From Vermamoeba vermiformis (taxonomy: Eukaryota): DNA of 64,000 nucleotides. The notes beneath the pieces are model-generated. The model was not told the DNA's origin and did no database searches. It saw nothing but the letters and a program-made list of their open reading frames with translations. The stretch covers positions 496,001 to 560,000 of the forward strand of contig JBEWZL010000003.1 of NCBI GenBank assembly GCA_045837725.1. The letters run 5' to 3'. Numbering within the stretch: the first letter of the stretch is position 1; each line of letters begins with the position of its first letter. The position numbers and the translations under genes were made by a program. Shown piece after piece: positions 60,428 to 64,000 of the stretch.

Positions 60428-62433
60428 GATCCCCGCGGGGCCCAAATAAAAATGAATGAAATGATGAGGATAAGAGAATGAAATTTCATTGTTAATTCTA
60501 ATCAATGAATGTTAATTGGTACACGAATGCTTTAAATCAATAGAAGAATGAAGGATGTCATTCTTCATCATTGGTATACTAATCAATGTAAAGTAACAGC
60601 AACGCGTGCTTTAAATCCGGGATAGTCGCGCTAACGCGCGTAAAGCCCATCGTTTTTCGCATCAAAAAGAGCATAAAGAACGCGATTTGGATCTAGTCGC
60701 GCTCCGCGCGCGTTCTTTCTGGGGATCAATCCCCGCAGGGGGTAGGTTTGAAAAAGTGAATGAAAATTGAATTGATTTGATTGTGATGATGATGATGATG
60801 GTGATGATGATCATCATTGCAATGGTATCAATGACTGTTAACTGGTACACGTACGCTTTAAGCACGGGATAATCACGCTAACGCGCGTAATTCCCATCAT
60901 TTTGCACGTAAAAAAGAGCAAAAAGATCGATATTTGGATCTAATAGCGCTCCGCGCACTCTTTTCCGGGGATCAATCCCCGCAGGGGGTAACTTATGAAG
61001 AAAATCAGTGAAATTTGAGATTAGTTGATGATGATGACAATGATGATAATGATGGTGATGATTATGATGATGATGATGATGATCATGAGAAGGATGATAA
61101 TGATGATGTGACAATGTCGTGCAAAAAGAGCATTAAGAACGGAATTGAGAGCAAAGTAAAAGCCAAACAAAAAGAACGCTAGTGCAGTTCTGGGGATTGA
61201 TCCCCGCAGGGGGTAACTTTAAAGAAAATGAATGAAAATTGAAATTAGATGATATGATGATGATGACAATGATGATGATCGTGAATATGAGAACGATGAT
61301 GATGATGATGTGATGATGTGTCGTAAAAAAGAGCAGAAAGAACGGCATTGAGAGCAAGTAAAAGCCGAACAAAAAGAACGCTCATGTAGTTCCAGGGATC
61401 GATCCCCGCAGGGGGTAAGTTTAAAGAAAATGAATGAAAATTGCAATTAGTTGATGATGATGATGTAATGATGATGCAGTGATGATGATCATCCTGAGGA
61501 TGATGATGATGATGATGAAGACAAGATGATGATCATGGCAATGATGATGATATGGTTGAACGAATCAAGAGCATAAAGAATGTACTTGGAGCTAACAACG
61601 AAGAGCGTAAAGAATGGTACCGAAAGCAAGTAAATGCCGAACAAAAAGACCGCGCTTGTAGTAACAGGGCTGCTTTCCCCGCAGGGGGTAGGTTACGAAG
61701 AAATTCAATGATACTTGAAATAATTCAATGATGATGATGATGGTAATGTGATGATGATGATGTGATGATGATATGGAGTGATGATGATATGGTGTGAGTG
61801 ACTTGATAACAAAACAGCAAATCAAGGATGGAAATAAAAAAACAAAGAGCATAAAGAATGTAGTTGGAGCTAACAAAGAAGAGCGTTAAGAAGGTAATTG
61901 GGAGCTAAAAAAGGCCGAACAAAAAGAACGCTAGTGTAGTACCGGGGATCGATCCCCGCAGGGGGTAGTTTAAAAAAAAATGATAAAAATTGTAGGATAA
62001 TTTGATAATGATGATAAGGATGATAATGATGAAGTGATGACGTGGTGCACAAGAGCATAAAGAATGTAGTTGGAGCTAACAAAGAAGAGTGTTAAGAAGG
62101 TAATTGGGAGCTAAAAAAGGCCGAACAAAAAAGAGCGCGCGTGTAGTTCCGGGGCTGCTTTCCCTGCAGGGGGTAGTTCACAGAGAAATGACAAATATTG
62201 AAGAGTTTTAATGATGATGATCATGTGATGATGAAAATGTAATGATGAAGATGATTATCATGAAAATGATGATATGGTGTGAGTCAATTAATGGCAAAAC
62301 AGTTAGCGGATGATGAAAAATTGACAAACAAAGAGCATAAAGAATGTGGTTGGAGCTAATGAAAAAGAGTGTTAAGAATGCTATTGAGAGCTAAGTAAAG
62401 CCGAGCAAAAAGAACACGCGCGTAGTTCCGGGG
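60428..62433. repeat. Complex tandem array of 7 full and 2 partial units of ~200-280 bp with a conserved palindromic core and variable (GAT)n tracts
   Basis: The core CCC(C/T)GCAGGGGGTA occurs at 60731, 60977, 61202, 61404, 61677, 61954 and 62162. It is preceded by AAAGAGCATAAAGAA...GCCGAACAAAAAGAACGC...GTAGTTCCGGGGATCGAT and followed by an AAATGAATGAAAATTG-like segment plus degenerate GATGAT tracts. Confidence 0.95.
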
Positions 62434-64000
62434 TTATACGATGGGCATGAAACGCTCAGGATTGATGCGAAAACCATGCCCAAAAAATCGTGGCAAAAAA
62501 TCGAAGCAAAATAGCCAAAAAAGAACATGAACATTGATTTTTGAAGAATTTATTGCAGGAACAGATAGATTAAACAGAGATCTATCTATTGAATATAGGG
62601 TCGCGATATTATTTGATAAGGTAAGGTAGTTATCGCGATAATCCCGGGTGGGCACGACCATGCCCAAGATCGCGAAGTTTGCATAATTAATTTGGATTTA
62701 TTTAATTTTGATAAATTTCGTTAGTAGGTGCCTACTAACAACGTGTGGAGTGGTTGGTTTTTTTTTCGAAAACGTTGATAGTCATAGAACGTCGCGGAGA
62801 TCTGACAACTCGGATTGCGTCAGCTTTGGAGAAATTAATGGCTAATAATGGCTAAATAACCCGTAAGTACCAGTAATTTATCAATAGTTTATTTTTACTC
62901 GCGGTTCTAAGTCCGATCTCGAAGTTCGAACGGATTTAAATCCGCGAGATCACCGAAATTCTCTTAAATTAATTCATGAAACAATGTTAACAATATTAAT
63001 AAGCATTAATATATTATGATGAAGCGATTCTTACTCACTGACAATTCCGGTAGCGGATACGAACTTGTCACTAAAAATAGAACGACGAGAGATCGACCAC
63101 AAGGGTCGAATTGTTTACTTTTTATTGATGATTTACAGCAGACAGTTACGCGCCACGGCACCAGAGCCGTTTCAGCGCGAGTTATTTGCGACGATCCCCG
63201 ATGCGATTTTGGATTTACAATAGTTCGATCACAAGGGACGAATTATTGTATTAATTATAGATATTATTGTTAGTCAACACGCGCACAACGATAATCAGCG
63301 TCGTTGCAGCGCGACATGCAAGTCAGCAATTTGTCGCGTCTAAATCTCGGAACTGTGACCGAGATCTTAAAAGGTAATAATTTTCTGGTGACTCTTCCAC
63401 CAATTATAATATATGGAAATCGTTGATTGAATTATTGATTTTTCAATTAAAAAATTAAAGATCCGGATTAGAGCTTAGTGCTCGAATTTTATCCGGATTT
63501 TTAACGAAATACTATGTAATTATATTTAAGACATCGTTATAATATTTATTTTTCATTACAGTAATGAATGGAAAAACGCGCGCGCGATCGAAAGTTTTAT
63601 TGACTTTCGTATTGCCGGATCTAGACCACCAATGGTCGTTTCAGTGCATGCTCATGCTTTTCGTTCGTGTCCCGCGTTGGAGGTCTTCTCAGTGCTCGCT
63701 CATGGACTAGGCAACTTGTTGGCGAGATCGGATGCGTTGGCCGCATCGAAATATTCCGTAAGTAATTACGTAAGAATAATAACAATCAATATGACGCAAT
63801 AAATGCGTCTTTTTGAAATTTAAAAATCAAGGAAAATTTTTTTAAATCAGAGAAATCGGATCGAGCTTCGTGCTCGTGCAAAATTTAAATAATTGTTTAA
63901 TTTATTATTAATACGATATACTAATGATTATTTGATAGGTTATTTGAGCGTCAGTACGAAGACGATGGTTCTAGATCGAGCGCGAAGTAGATCGCTCGAT

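Noticed and set aside
60662-62082. Minus-strand His/Ile-rich ORFs with a recurring LPPAGIDP motif
   Set aside because: These are translations of (ATC)n tracts and the repeat core. The frame shifts between units and most starts are non-ATG.
60428-62433. CRISPR array (the core ATCCCCGC..GGGG superficially resembles type I-E repeats)
   Set aside because: The spacers are ~200+ bp, low-complexity and mutually homologous. There are no cas genes, and the context is eukaryotic and intron-rich.

Overview
Eukaryotic, gene-dense genomic DNA from a protist. Gene content and the many short (~45-150 bp) GT-AG introns with CTAAC/CTGAC-type branch points suggest an amoebozoan, but that assignment is inference only. 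About 19 protein-coding genes occupy 1-56 kb: two paralogs with an archaeal DUF3782-like PD-(D/E)XK fold, a 2372-aa intronless Sacsin/NO VEIN-type GHKL ATPase with a C-terminal DUF3883 nuclease-like domain, class II PRPP synthetase, an atypical PI3/PI4-kinase, an S1/P1 nuclease, a BAR-SH3 protein, a TM-MORN-DUF900 hydrolase, a PX/Gly-rich protein, three 7TM receptors with different ectodomains (Cys-rich, PA, and a bacterial NMT1/THI5-type binding domain fused to a class C GPCR), a divergent SLC1 transporter, a C2 protein, a GPI-anchored Cys-rich protein, BTB-SPRY, a golgin-like protein and an S53 sedolisin. From ~55.6 kb the sequence changes character. It shows a CpG-free domain, a 21-bp hairpin minisatellite whose variants are CpG-decay products, a perfect 28-bp inverted repeat, a tRNA-Leu-like fragment between palindromic direct repeats, and a ~2 kb array of ~200-280 bp units built on a palindromic GGGGATCGATCCCCGCAGGGGGTA core. 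Gene coordinates are spans including introns and were read by eye. Domain names come from motif recognition, not database searches.
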